Origin: an uncultured Lachnospiraceae bacterium
GTDB lineage: Bacteria; Bacillota; Clostridia; Lachnospirales; Lachnospiraceae
DNA: 64,000 nt
Direction: 5' to 3'
Assembly: GCA_947630485.1 (NCBI GenBank)
Contig: CANRHU010000006.1
Coordinates: 528 to 64,527, forward strand
The position numbers were made by a program, and so were the translations under genes. Under the pieces are notes generated by a model that was not told the origin of the DNA, did no database searches, and worked only from the letters and a program-made list of their open reading frames with translations. Below, one piece after another: positions 26,365-34,708 of the stretch; within the stretch, counting starts at the first letter, position 1, and every line of letters starts with the position of its first letter.

Positions 26365-27516
26365 TCAAGGCGTTCCGTCGTCAACCGCAAATTCCGCGCG
26401 GTATTCATAGGTATCGAAATCGCCTGTTTCCCGGAAATCATTCACCTGCTTGACGATCCGGTATTCTCCCGGTTCCAGCTGCCCAAACAGCCAGTCGTAC
26501 TGCACCTCCAGTTCCAAAGGCTTATCTTTCTCAACGGTATACGCAACCATATGAAATGCGTAGTTCTCTATGACCGGCTCAAGCGCCTCCCATCCGTCCT
26601 CCGTGCGCCGCTCCAGCCAGAAATAATCCCCTGTTTGAATCTCTTTGTCCGTATCGTTCTCAAAAACGACCGTGACCAGCTTATCCGTCGCGCTGCTCAC
26701 TTCCATCCTCACGCCTTCCAACTCTCTGGGAGCCATTTCGCTGTGCGGGCGCTTCTTAAACACGATCCATCGATTCTCGCCGCTTCCTTCCGGCATGTAA
26801 ACTTCAATCGTATCTTTAACCGGGCCGTACTGATAACCGGCTCCGGTTCCAAAATTGGACTGGTTATCCATGGCGGGATACTCCGAACCGTCTACGGTCG
26901 ATGTGATATTCCCATCCATGGTGCCGCAGCGCCCGCTGACGGTGCTTTCCTCTCCTGTCGACAAGTAAAGCTCGCCATTCACCATGACGGCCGGAATTAC
27001 ATCCGCTTCCAGGCCGTCCTCGTGCTCTGACTCCGCCTCCCAGTATTCGCTGATGTCATGATGGATTTCCGTGCTGAAAAGGGCTCCGTCTTCGAGCCTG
27101 CAGAACGGCAGGCTGTCGGAACCGTCCGCGATAAAAGTCAGCTCGGTCTTGTCGTCGTTGATCCGGAAGCGGAAATTCTTAAAGCCTTCCGACGTCGCGG
27201 AATCTCTCAGTGTGACGACATCACCGTCCACATCAAAATAGCCCCTGTAGATCGTGCTGCTCAGCGGCCCTTCGCAGAGCTGAAACATGTTGAACGGCTC
27301 CAGCGTAACGACGAATTCTCCGCCGAAACCGACCTCTTCCCACACGAATGTGACCGGCTCCGACACATAGCTGTCTTCTGCGGCAAACCCGGTCGGCGAC
27401 GTCTCCGCAGGGTGATCAGCGTTTGTCTTTGTCGGTTCGCTGTCAATATTGTTATTACACGCTGTCAGCAGGATCACGCACATCAGCGCCGCGGTATAAA
27501 GCCGATTCTTTTTCAC
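26365..27516 (-). CDS. secreted lipoprotein of unknown function
   Basis: ORF 26365..27555. A GTG start at 27516 (GGGGGAGG 6 nt upstream) gives a textbook lipoprotein signal MKKNRLYTAALMCVILLTA|C. The mature part is beta-rich with no motif I can name with confidence. Confidence 0.6.
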   Translation of the reverse strand: MKKNRLYTAALMCVILLTACNNNIDSEPTKTNADHPAETSPTGFAAEDSYVSEPVTFVWEEVGFGGEFVVTLEPFNMFQLCEGPLSSTIYRGYFDVDGDVVTLRDSATSEGFKNFRFRINDDKTELTFIADGSDSLPFCRLEDGALFSTEIHHDISEYWEAESEHEDGLEADVIPAVMVNGELYLSTGEESTVSGRCGTMDGNITSTVDGSEYPAMDNQSNFGTGAGYQYGPVKDTIEVYMPEGSGENRWIVFKKRPHSEMAPRELEGVRMEVSSATDKLVTVVFENDTDKEIQTGDYFWLERRTEDGWEALEPVIENYAFHMVAYTVEKDKPLELEVQYDWLFGQLEPGEYRIVKQVNDFRETGDFDTYEYRAEFAVDDGTP

Positions 27517-27602
27517 AGAAATCCTCCCCCTATGCATATCCATTGTCTCTATCATTTCCGCTGCTTATAAACGATACGCATGGCATACTCATTTTTATGG
27601 AA

Positions 27603-28640
27603 CTATTTATCAATTTCTCTTTTCAGCTTTTCCCAATCCGCATTTCCCTGCATATAAGAAAACGTTTCATTTTCAAAAGCTTCCATGAGCTTCTGCTTTA
27701 ATCCGGCTGAAAAATCAGGGTCGAGATGTTTAAACGTCATATGTTTATAAAGTCCGGATTTTGTAAAAGCATCAATCGTTCCGATCTGCTCCAGAATTTC
27801 CCGCATAATCTGCACCGTCCATGCGGCGTCCTCTTCCCATGCCGCAATCTCAAGTTTGTAACATACCTCATAATATTTGCCCATCTCAAATACAGACGCC
27901 AAGGAGGAGACTTCAAGCAGTTTCTTCACCATCTCATGATCTTCGTCTTCCTTATAAAGAGCACGCAGATCATTTAATGTCAGCTGTAAATGCTGACATC
28001 CGATGTAAAGCAATTCTTCATACGCGCGATAGGCAGCCGCCCGTTTCCCTGTCTTGCTGTTCACGCGCGCTTCCTTGCGCTTGCGTTCCGGATTCTCCAA
28101 CGAGAAATAATCCAGATATCGGACTGCATTTTCATAATCTTCTTTCCGGAAATACGCGTGGAACAGCGAATCCGCCGCCTGATTGCGGATCCGTTCGTCC
28201 TCGGAAAGCAGACATCTCTCATACCATCCGAATATCGTATTGTCATAACTGTCTTTATCCGGAAGCTCGGCCGCTATTCGCCCTGCGTCCAGAATGAGCG
28301 CCGCCTGCCAGATCAGTTTTTCGCAATTCGGATACTCCTCAATCTTTTTCTTTGCGCAAAGAAATACGTCATGGAAAGGTTTGATTTCCAGATCCTTTTG
28401 AAGGTTCAAAAGATACTGGTTGATCTCATCGTCTGTCAGCTCATCCCGAAAAGACAGAAGCTCATCTGTGGTAATGCCAAGCAGCCGCGCAATCGGCGCG
28501 AGCAGCGCGACATCCGGCAGCGTGTTGCCTTTCTCCCATTTGTTTACAGCGGGAGCCGTTACGCCGAGGCGCGCGGCCATCTCCTCCTGCGTCATGCCTT
28601 TATTTTTTCTGCATTTTTTGATCATGTCCCCTATCGTCAT
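27603..28640 (-). CDS. XRE-family HTH regulator with a long helical-repeat (TPR-like) C-terminal domain
   Basis: N-terminal Cro/C1 HTH (KGMTQEEMAARLGVTAPAVNKWEKGNTLPDVALLAPIARLLGITTDELL), then about 280 aa of helical repeats. This is an RRNPP-like architecture, which is inference. Confidence 0.75.
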   Translation of the reverse strand: MTIGDMIKKCRKNKGMTQEEMAARLGVTAPAVNKWEKGNTLPDVALLAPIARLLGITTDELLSFRDELTDDEINQYLLNLQKDLEIKPFHDVFLCAKKKIEEYPNCEKLIWQAALILDAGRIAAELPDKDSYDNTIFGWYERCLLSEDERIRNQAADSLFHAYFRKEDYENAVRYLDYFSLENPERKRKEARVNSKTGKRAAAYRAYEELLYIGCQHLQLTLNDLRALYKEDEDHEMVKKLLEVSSLASVFEMGKYYEVCYKLEIAAWEEDAAWTVQIMREILEQIGTIDAFTKSGLYKHMTFKHLDPDFSAGLKQKLMEAFENETFSYMQGNADWEKLKREIDK

Positions 28641-28794
28641 ATTCCGCTTTCTCCTTCACAGTTTTTGAATCGATTCTGTGTATAGTATAGCTGACAGGGG
28701 GGCAATCGTCTATTGAATGCGGGTTAAATAGCGGGAATTTTATTTTACTGTTGTTCAATGTGGAAGCATCTCTCTGCTTTTGCTATGGCAGATT

Positions 28795-29349
28795 CTATTG
28801 CAGCTTGTCCCAGGAGACGATCGCTTCGGATAATATCTCCTCCGCATCATTGCCTTCAATGTCCAAATATTCCGCGTAGATTAATTCTGTCTCCTTAATG
28901 CCGAATATATTTTTCGCTAAATAGTCAATATAATCAAAGCTAAATCTTTGATCATAACTCCCGCCTGCCGTCGTAACATAGTATAGTTTCTCTGCTCTGC
29001 ACAAGCCCCGCGGACATCCATTTTCATCATATTCCGTAACAATACCGATCGAATAAATATTCTCAAGATATATTTTCAAAATTGCAGGAAACTGGCCGTC
29101 CCAATACGGGGCAGATATCACGATCAAATCGGCCTCTGCAAACTGCATCGACAATTTGAAAATACGGTCACTGTAATTTCGCTTTTCCAGCTGAGCGGTT
29201 CGATAATCCAGCCTCTCTTCATTCAGGGGATTACTATCCATATCGGTCAGTCTGACTTCCTCAAAATCTCCGAGTTTATTCAATAAGGCTCTAGCCAACC
29301 GGTCGGTTCTGGACTCGGTTCTCACACACGCATTGATATATAAAATCAT
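28795..29349 (-). CDS. flavodoxin-like fold NAD(P)H-dependent oxidoreductase (azoreductase/ACP-phosphodiesterase-like)
   Basis: ORF trimmed to MILYINACVR (AAGGAG upstream). Typical blocks are ADLIVISAPYWDGQFPAILKIYLE. The gene is AT-rich compared with the flanks. Confidence 0.7.
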   Translation of the reverse strand: MILYINACVRTESRTDRLARALLNKLGDFEEVRLTDMDSNPLNEERLDYRTAQLEKRNYSDRIFKLSMQFAEADLIVISAPYWDGQFPAILKIYLENIYSIGIVTEYDENGCPRGLCRAEKLYYVTTAGGSYDQRFSFDYIDYLAKNIFGIKETELIYAEYLDIEGNDAEEILSEAIVSWDKLQ

Positions 29350-29389
29350 GTTGGATCTCCTTCTCTTTCCCGCCATCGAAGCCCCGATC

Positions 29390-30178
29390 TCATAGATCTG
29401 CTGACGTTTGATTCATTTCCCCGACGAATGCCGCGCTCTTTGCCGTCATCTCGACCCATGCGGGGCGAAAGCCGCTTCGGATGGCGCTGCGCACGGACCG
29501 GATATTCGACCATGCGGCACAATAGAACGGAACCTTGCCGCGCTTTAGTATCTCAAATGCCAAACGGCTTGTCAGCGCAGAGGCGACGCCCTGCCTGCGG
29601 TAAGCCGGCAGCACATCGACGCCGATCTGCCACATATCCTCGCAGTCGGCGGAGCAGGCCGCAAGGCCTGCAAGCGTTTCCCCGTCGTACGCGCCGACGC
29701 CCAATATATCCAGATGCCGGCGGTCTGCGCACAGCGCGTTGCTCCACTGCGGTGTGTAAAGTCCCTCAAAGTCCTCCGGATGCATAAGCTTTGTCGGGTA
29801 AGGACTGTCCTGCGCTTTCAGTTCCCGCAGATCCGGCAGAAAATATTCCGCCATGAAGCAGATGCGCAGGCCATCCTTCTGCAGTTCATCGTTGAGAACA
29901 TGCAGATTGGGCGTCTCGAAGCAATGCTCCGTCGGGAAACGGCTGATGTAATCCGTCACAACACCGCGGTATTTCTCTTCGACGGATGCGACGATATTGT
30001 TTCCGTAGGAAATAAGATTGCAGGCAAGCGGAAGCGCCAGATATTTCCTCGCGTTCGGATTGGATACGGATGTAACAACGACATTTTCCGTTCTCATAAA
30101 ATCTTCCGCGCGACAGTTTGCGTCAATCGCGGACTGCCGCATGGCGATCCGCAGGATATCCTCGTTTGTGAAACGCAT
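29390..30178 (-). CDS. GNAT-family N-acetyltransferase
   Basis: C-terminal acetyl-CoA motif (VDVLPAYRRQGVASALTSRL). Its ATG lies 12 nt after the hicB stop. Confidence 0.75.
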   Translation of the reverse strand: MRFTNEDILRIAMRQSAIDANCRAEDFMRTENVVVTSVSNPNARKYLALPLACNLISYGNNIVASVEEKYRGVVTDYISRFPTEHCFETPNLHVLNDELQKDGLRICFMAEYFLPDLRELKAQDSPYPTKLMHPEDFEGLYTPQWSNALCADRRHLDILGVGAYDGETLAGLAACSADCEDMWQIGVDVLPAYRRQGVASALTSRLAFEILKRGKVPFYCAAWSNIRSVRSAIRSGFRPAWVEMTAKSAAFVGEMNQTSADL

Positions 30179-30190
30179 GGCAGACCTCGC

Positions 30191-30538
30191 TCAAATACTA
30201 ATCTTTGCCGCCGGTGAATTCTCAAGAGTTTCTTCCACATAGCGGTTTAAGGACATCTGATGGGCGGTAGCATAGATAATAAGTCTTTTGTGAAGTTCAG
30301 GAGAAATTCGGATATTAAAGCTTCCCTTATAGGCTGTTTCCGGTTCTCTACCCTCCGCTTTGCAGGATTCCAGATAATCGTCTATCGCGCCATGGAAATC
30401 AGCAAGAAGATCCCTCGCGTTCTCTCCTTCATATGAAATCAAAGACCGAATACCCATGACTTTTCCATAGAAAATTCCATCTTTTTCAGAAAACTCAACG
30501 CTCCCGATATACCCTTTATATTGGATCGTATTATTCAT
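30191..30538 (-). CDS. hicB: HicB-family antitoxin
   Basis: Trimmed to MNNTIQYKGYIGSVEFSEKDGIFYGKV (HicB N-domain). It has an RHH-like C-terminal end (SFNIRISPELHKRLIIYATAHQMSLNRYVEETL). Confidence 0.8.
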   Translation of the reverse strand: MNNTIQYKGYIGSVEFSEKDGIFYGKVMGIRSLISYEGENARDLLADFHGAIDDYLESCKAEGREPETAYKGSFNIRISPELHKRLIIYATAHQMSLNRYVEETLENSPAAKISI

Positions 30539-30563
30539 ATGAGACCCTCCTGCTCTAAAAACT

Positions 30564-30725
30564 CTACTCATTGTTTTCGCTTACAAACATAACTCGTGAT
30601 CCGCTCGTTTTTCCTTTATTTGAATTCTCATAGCCTAAATATCCAAGTAGTGTTGCGGCATCTTCAAAAGTAAAATCCTTTGGCATTTCTCTTATTCGTC
30701 GAATAAGCTTATCCTTCTGTCCCAT
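30564..30725 (-). CDS. hicA: HicA-family mRNA interferase toxin
   Basis: Trimmed to 53 aa (MGQKDKLIRRIREMPKDFTFEDAATLLGYLGY...GSRVMF) with a GGGGGA RBS. The order is toxin first, then hicB. Confidence 0.8.
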   Translation of the reverse strand: MGQKDKLIRRIREMPKDFTFEDAATLLGYLGYENSNKGKTSGSRVMFVSENNE

Positions 30726-30747
30726 ATCATCTCCCCCCTTCATTCTT

Positions 30748-30802
30748 ATTATACACAATGTACCCGCACATTGCAACCATAAATAGTTGCAGTGCGCGGG
30801 TA
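30748..30802 (-). promoter_or_regulatory. hicAB promoter (TTGCAA-17 nt-TATAAT) overlapped by a 17-nt imperfect inverted repeat
   Basis: -10 at 30748-30753 and -35 at 30771-30776. IR arms are at 30761-30777 and 30786-30802 (15 of 17 matched, 8-nt spacer). Confidence 0.55.
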
Positions 30803-30840
30803 TCAATTAATTGGTTTTCCTTATCACACAGCCAGCGCTC

Positions 30841-32088
30841 TCACATAATCTCCTTCCTCCTGTACTCCCGATAGATCACCGGCGGCAGCGCGGCCGACAG
30901 AAACACGTAAAGCGCGATTACGACCGGCAGCGCGCCGGTCACGAAGCCCCCGAAGTCAAACAGGTCGAAGTACACAAGCTCCATATTCAGCTCCAAAAGC
31001 CGGGCCGGCAGCAGGGCCAAAAGCTTATCGATGATCACGGCGTCAAAGCTCATATTCTGTATGAAATTCGGCAGAAAAATGATGATCACCGGAGTCATCA
31101 CGCCCAACACCGTCGAACGGCTGCATGCCGAGATGAGCATGGTCAGAAAGGCGATGAAAACGCATCCGATATAGCCTCCCAGGATCACGATCAGGTACGC
31201 CTGGGCGTTGGTCAGGTTGTAGAAGCTCTTCCATCTGCCGGAGGCCTGCAGCGGGCAGGACGCTCCATAGAAGCCAAGATAGCCCAGCACGGTCAGCGAA
31301 TAGACGAGGATCGCCGCCCAGTAGACGGCCGTTACGATCAGGAATCCCGCCGCCAGCTTGGCGCGGATGGCGCTGTTCCGGCCATGGGCCGACGCGAAAA
31401 AGATCGAATCCGACTTCCACTGGAATTCGTTGGAGAAGATCCCGGCCATCAGATACCCAAGTACCATGATCAGGATCATACTGATCGTCGGGTAATACGT
31501 CAGAGCATTATCCCAGCCCTGCATATAATCGACATAAAATGGCGTTTCCAGCGCCTCATACTGCCGGATTATCCAGTCCTTCTCCGCGTCGGAGAACCGG
31601 TAATACGAGCCGTTTGTTTCATCCGCAAGAAATTCCTTCAAAAGCCTTACGCGGTTCGGATAGAAATCTCCCGCCATATCCGGCGTCAGACTGTTGGCCC
31701 GGTAGTAATCCGAGGTCTGGAAATCTTCTGCAAAATAATGATTCAGAAGGCCCCTGATCTCATGGATTCCCTGCCCCCAGCCGAAAGCGATATTGCTCAG
31801 CCTTACATCCTTCGAATTGTACTCCGGCGTGGAGGTGATGCGGAGATTCTCCTCGATCACCTGACGGATCTTTTCCTCATCCAGAATGCCGGACCACGCC
31901 CGCTGCGCTTCCCGCTTTTTCACCATCGCTTGGTAGCCCCTCTCCGTATCTCCGTTTTCATTGACCCACTCGCTGCTGCTGCCGTTTGTGGCAAACCAGC
32001 AGGTGTACGCGGTCAGAACCAGCATGATCAGAAGCGCAATCACTCCGCCCTTTCTGGCAAATACCTTCTTGATCTCATACTTCACCAT
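30841..32088 (-). CDS. ABC-2 type transporter permease
   Basis: ORF trimmed to MVKYEIKKVFARKGGVIALLIMLVL. It has an N-terminal TM segment, a large loop of about 170 aa, then five TM segments. It overlaps the ATPase stop by 14 nt. Confidence 0.7.
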   Translation of the reverse strand: MVKYEIKKVFARKGGVIALLIMLVLTAYTCWFATNGSSSEWVNENGDTERGYQAMVKKREAQRAWSGILDEEKIRQVIEENLRITSTPEYNSKDVRLSNIAFGWGQGIHEIRGLLNHYFAEDFQTSDYYRANSLTPDMAGDFYPNRVRLLKEFLADETNGSYYRFSDAEKDWIIRQYEALETPFYVDYMQGWDNALTYYPTISMILIMVLGYLMAGIFSNEFQWKSDSIFFASAHGRNSAIRAKLAAGFLIVTAVYWAAILVYSLTVLGYLGFYGASCPLQASGRWKSFYNLTNAQAYLIVILGGYIGCVFIAFLTMLISACSRSTVLGVMTPVIIIFLPNFIQNMSFDAVIIDKLLALLPARLLELNMELVYFDLFDFGGFVTGALPVVIALYVFLSAALPPVIYREYRRKEIM

Positions 32089-32968
32089 TGCCGTCACCTG
32101 ACCTTTCTCCGAAATGATAGAGGAAAACGTCCTCCAGTGTGGCTTCCTGCAGCTGGGCCGCCTGCGAACCTGCCGGCAGCTCTGCCGAGAGGATCCGCAG
32201 CTCCGCCCCATTCGGAACCGCCTTCACATTCGATACCTTATACCGGCGCAGGTACGCTTCGACCTCCTTCTTCGGCACTGTCAGACTCCACACCTTCTCC
32301 GGCATGGAGGCGATCAGCTCCTCCGCTGTGCCTCGGCAGACAAATCTGCCGTCCTTCATAAGCAATATCTCTTTCGCGATATACTCCACATCCGACACGA
32401 TGTGTGTGGATAAAAGGACGATCCGCTCCTCCGACAGCTCGCTGATCAGATTCCGGAAACGGATCCTCTCTGTCGGATCCAGCCCGGCTGTCGGCTCGTC
32501 CAGGATCAGAATCTGCGGGTCGTTGAGCATGGCCTGGGCGATCCCGGCGCGGCGCTTCATGCCGCCGGAAAGCTTTTTCATTTTCCGGCCGGACGCCCTG
32601 TCAAGTCCCACCTGCCGGATCAGCTCCGTCGTGCGCTTCTTTGCCACCACGGGCCGAAGGCCTTTGATGGACGCGATGTAGAGCAGATAATCTTCCACCG
32701 TAAAATCCGGATAATACCCGAAATCCTGGGGCAGATATCCCAGGATCCGCCGATACGCCTCCGCCATGGAGAAAATGTCCTGGCCGTCCCAGGTGATCTG
32801 TCCGGAGGTGGGCGTATTCAGTGTACAGAGCATCCGCATCAGCGTCGTCTTGCCAGCGCCGTTGACGCCCAGAAGGCCGTAGACGCCGCTGGTCATCGTG
32901 CAGCTGACGCCGTCTACCGCGGCGACCTCCTTAAACTGTTTCGAGAGGTCCGTTATTTTCAATTCCAT
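32075..32968 (-). CDS. ABC transporter ATP-binding protein
   Basis: Trimmed to MELKITDLSK (GGAGG upstream). Walker A GVNGAGKTT, signature LSGGMKRR, Walker B ILILDEP. Confidence 0.9.
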   Translation of the reverse strand: MELKITDLSKQFKEVAAVDGVSCTMTSGVYGLLGVNGAGKTTLMRMLCTLNTPTSGQITWDGQDIFSMAEAYRRILGYLPQDFGYYPDFTVEDYLLYIASIKGLRPVVAKKRTTELIRQVGLDRASGRKMKKLSGGMKRRAGIAQAMLNDPQILILDEPTAGLDPTERIRFRNLISELSEERIVLLSTHIVSDVEYIAKEILLMKDGRFVCRGTAEELIASMPEKVWSLTVPKKEVEAYLRRYKVSNVKAVPNGAELRILSAELPAGSQAAQLQEATLEDVFLYHFGERSGDGNGEV

Positions 32969-33879
32969 ATCGTTTCTGCCTCCAATAATTTGTGTAAATT
33001 TCTCTGTCCGCACGCGACGCAGAATACCAGATACGCCGCGGACAGCACCAGAAGCCCGCACCAGACGGGAAGCGTGATCCGGTCGTACAGCTTTCCAAGG
33101 ACGATCTCGACCCAGACGGCAATCCAGCATCCGCAAAGGAATACGGAAAAGATTTCCGACCGCGTCCGGCTGCTGTAAAGGGTCTGAAAACAGATACAGC
33201 ACGTCACATTGAACGGCAGCAGAAACTGCACCGCCAGATTCGTCACAAGAACGCCGCCTGCCGTTACCGCCAGTCCGCCGAAGACCGTGAGCAGCAGAAG
33301 ATCCGCCATGGCAAGCAAGGTCAGCCTGGCCGCGTAGATCTGGCGCAGGGAATAATAGGCCGCCCCCTCGACTTCTACGGCGCCGCAGCTTCGGTTCTTC
33401 CAGAGCTCCGGCAGGATCAGCACCGCGAAGGCGGAGCCGGCGATCCCCATGCTGCGCGCGGTATAGAAGCTGCTGTCCGTTCGGATCAGCATCCACCCCA
33501 GCATCGCCAGAAGAAGTCCCTGCAGAATCCACCAGCGCTTGCGGATATAGCGGCTCTGTTCCATCAAAAACTCAAACCGTGTCAGCGGCCGGGCCGTTTC
33601 GGCCTCGCAATACGCGTTTTTCGCGGCGCGGACCGTCTTTTCCAGGTGCGCGGAGGGCACAGGGGTACGCGGCGCCGGAACGGCGTTTGGTTCACTTTCA
33701 GCGGTTATCGGTCCTTCCGTTTGACCAGCGTTCATGATTTCCCGGGAAATCAGCGCGTCCGCTTCTTTCCGCAAAACCCGCGTCAGTTCGTCCTGAGACG
33801 TCTTGTCAGGATACGTCTTGCGATGCTTCGCTACACAATAATCCGCCTTACCATGATATAACCTGCTCTTCGGTGTCAT
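32959..33879 (-). CDS. polytopic membrane protein, candidate anti-sigma/partner of the upstream sigma factor
   Basis: Trimmed to MTPKSRLYHG. Its ATG overlaps the sigma TGA (ATGA). It has a cytoplasmic N-domain of about 115 aa and about six TM segments. No recognisable zinc anti-sigma motif. Confidence 0.5.
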   Translation of the reverse strand: MTPKSRLYHGKADYCVAKHRKTYPDKTSQDELTRVLRKEADALISREIMNAGQTEGPITAESEPNAVPAPRTPVPSAHLEKTVRAAKNAYCEAETARPLTRFEFLMEQSRYIRKRWWILQGLLLAMLGWMLIRTDSSFYTARSMGIAGSAFAVLILPELWKNRSCGAVEVEGAAYYSLRQIYAARLTLLAMADLLLLTVFGGLAVTAGGVLVTNLAVQFLLPFNVTCCICFQTLYSSRTRSEIFSVFLCGCWIAVWVEIVLGKLYDRITLPVWCGLLVLSAAYLVFCVACGQRNLHKLLEAETIWN

Positions 33880-34511
33880 TCCCGCACCTCCTTCAATCGT
33901 TCCTGTAATTGTTCGCGGGCCTTCCGGATCCGGTATTTCACGAGCGGAAGCCCTATTCCAAGAATCTTCGCGATCTCCCGCTGCTTTAACTCCTGACAGA
34001 AGTACAGGATCGCTGCTTCCCGAAACTCCGGCTGCAGCGCAGCGAAGGCGCTGCAAAGATCCATGCGGAGCTCCGTGTCCGGAGGACTCATTCCCGCGGA
34101 AATGTCCTGCACTGCTTTCGCCTGCAGCCCGCCGTCAGCTGTTCCGGGGGATACCAAACCCTCTTCCTCGCAGTCCCTGTGAGCAGCGGCTTCGCTGCTC
34201 CGGTTCCGAAACCGCAGCACTCCCTCAGCGTCACCAGCAGCCACCTCCCGCCGATTCCGGTAATAGTCCCGGCAGACGTTCCCCGCGATCACATACAGAT
34301 AATTGACGGCCTTCCCATAATGCCGGTACCTGGCAAAATTCCGAAAAAACCGCTCGAAGGTCTCCTGAACCGCGTCCAGCGCGTACCCCGCGTCGTCGAC
34401 GCGCAGCATACAATACCGAAGGACTGCCGGATAATATTTCCGTACAAATTCTTCGATCGCCTCGTCGTCTCCATCTTTCATTCGTCTGATCAGAAGGAAA
34501 TCCGGATCCAT
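33876..34511 (-). CDS. ECF-type sigma-70 family sigma factor with a long region2-region4 linker
   Basis: Region 2 (YCMLRVDDAGYALDAVQETFERFFRNF...NYLYVIAGNVCRDYYR) and region 4 (LKQREIAKILGIGLPLVKYRIRKAREQL). The start is ATG 34511 or TTG 34532. Confidence 0.8.
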   Translation of the reverse strand: MDPDFLLIRRMKDGDDEAIEEFVRKYYPAVLRYCMLRVDDAGYALDAVQETFERFFRNFARYRHYGKAVNYLYVIAGNVCRDYYRNRREVAAGDAEGVLRFRNRSSEAAAHRDCEEEGLVSPGTADGGLQAKAVQDISAGMSPPDTELRMDLCSAFAALQPEFREAAILYFCQELKQREIAKILGIGLPLVKYRIRKAREQLQERLKEVRE

Positions 34512-34540
34512 ACCGCGTTCAGACCTCCGCAATTATTTTT

Positions 34541-34569
34541 CGGCGTTCCGATTAGCAGCCGGAACGCCG
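34541..34569 (-). promoter_or_regulatory. perfect 10-bp stem hairpin/inverted repeat just upstream of the sigma-factor RBS
   Basis: Arms cggcgttccg and cggaacgccg with the 9-nt loop attagcagc. No U-run follows on either strand. Confidence 0.4.
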
Positions 34570-34708
34570 ATCATTCTAACATAGAAAGCACTTTCTACTG
34601 AGTATAACGCATTTGGGGAAGGAAAAGATAGTCTGCAACGTCTTTTTCGAGAAAAAAGCTATTGAAAATCTTCCTGTGTGAGCCTATAAGAAAGACAGGA
34701 ACAATCTA

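Noticed and set aside
27556-27602. A search for a short secreted propeptide ORF next to the XRE-TPR regulator (27556-27602 downstream and 28641-28794 upstream).
   Set aside because: Only a 4-codon ORF is present upstream and none downstream, so no canonical RRNPP propeptide gene can be supported. The alternative lipoprotein signal-peptide idea is reported as a speculative finding instead.
32075-33532. Long N-terminal extensions in the ORF track. Examples are the 485-aa version of the ABC ATPase, the 494-aa version of the anti-sigma factor, the 732-aa mutL and the 456-aa permease.
   Set aside because: The extensions overlap the upstream genes in another frame and are Arg/Gly-rich. Each is followed by an internal start with a good RBS that yields the canonical N-terminus.
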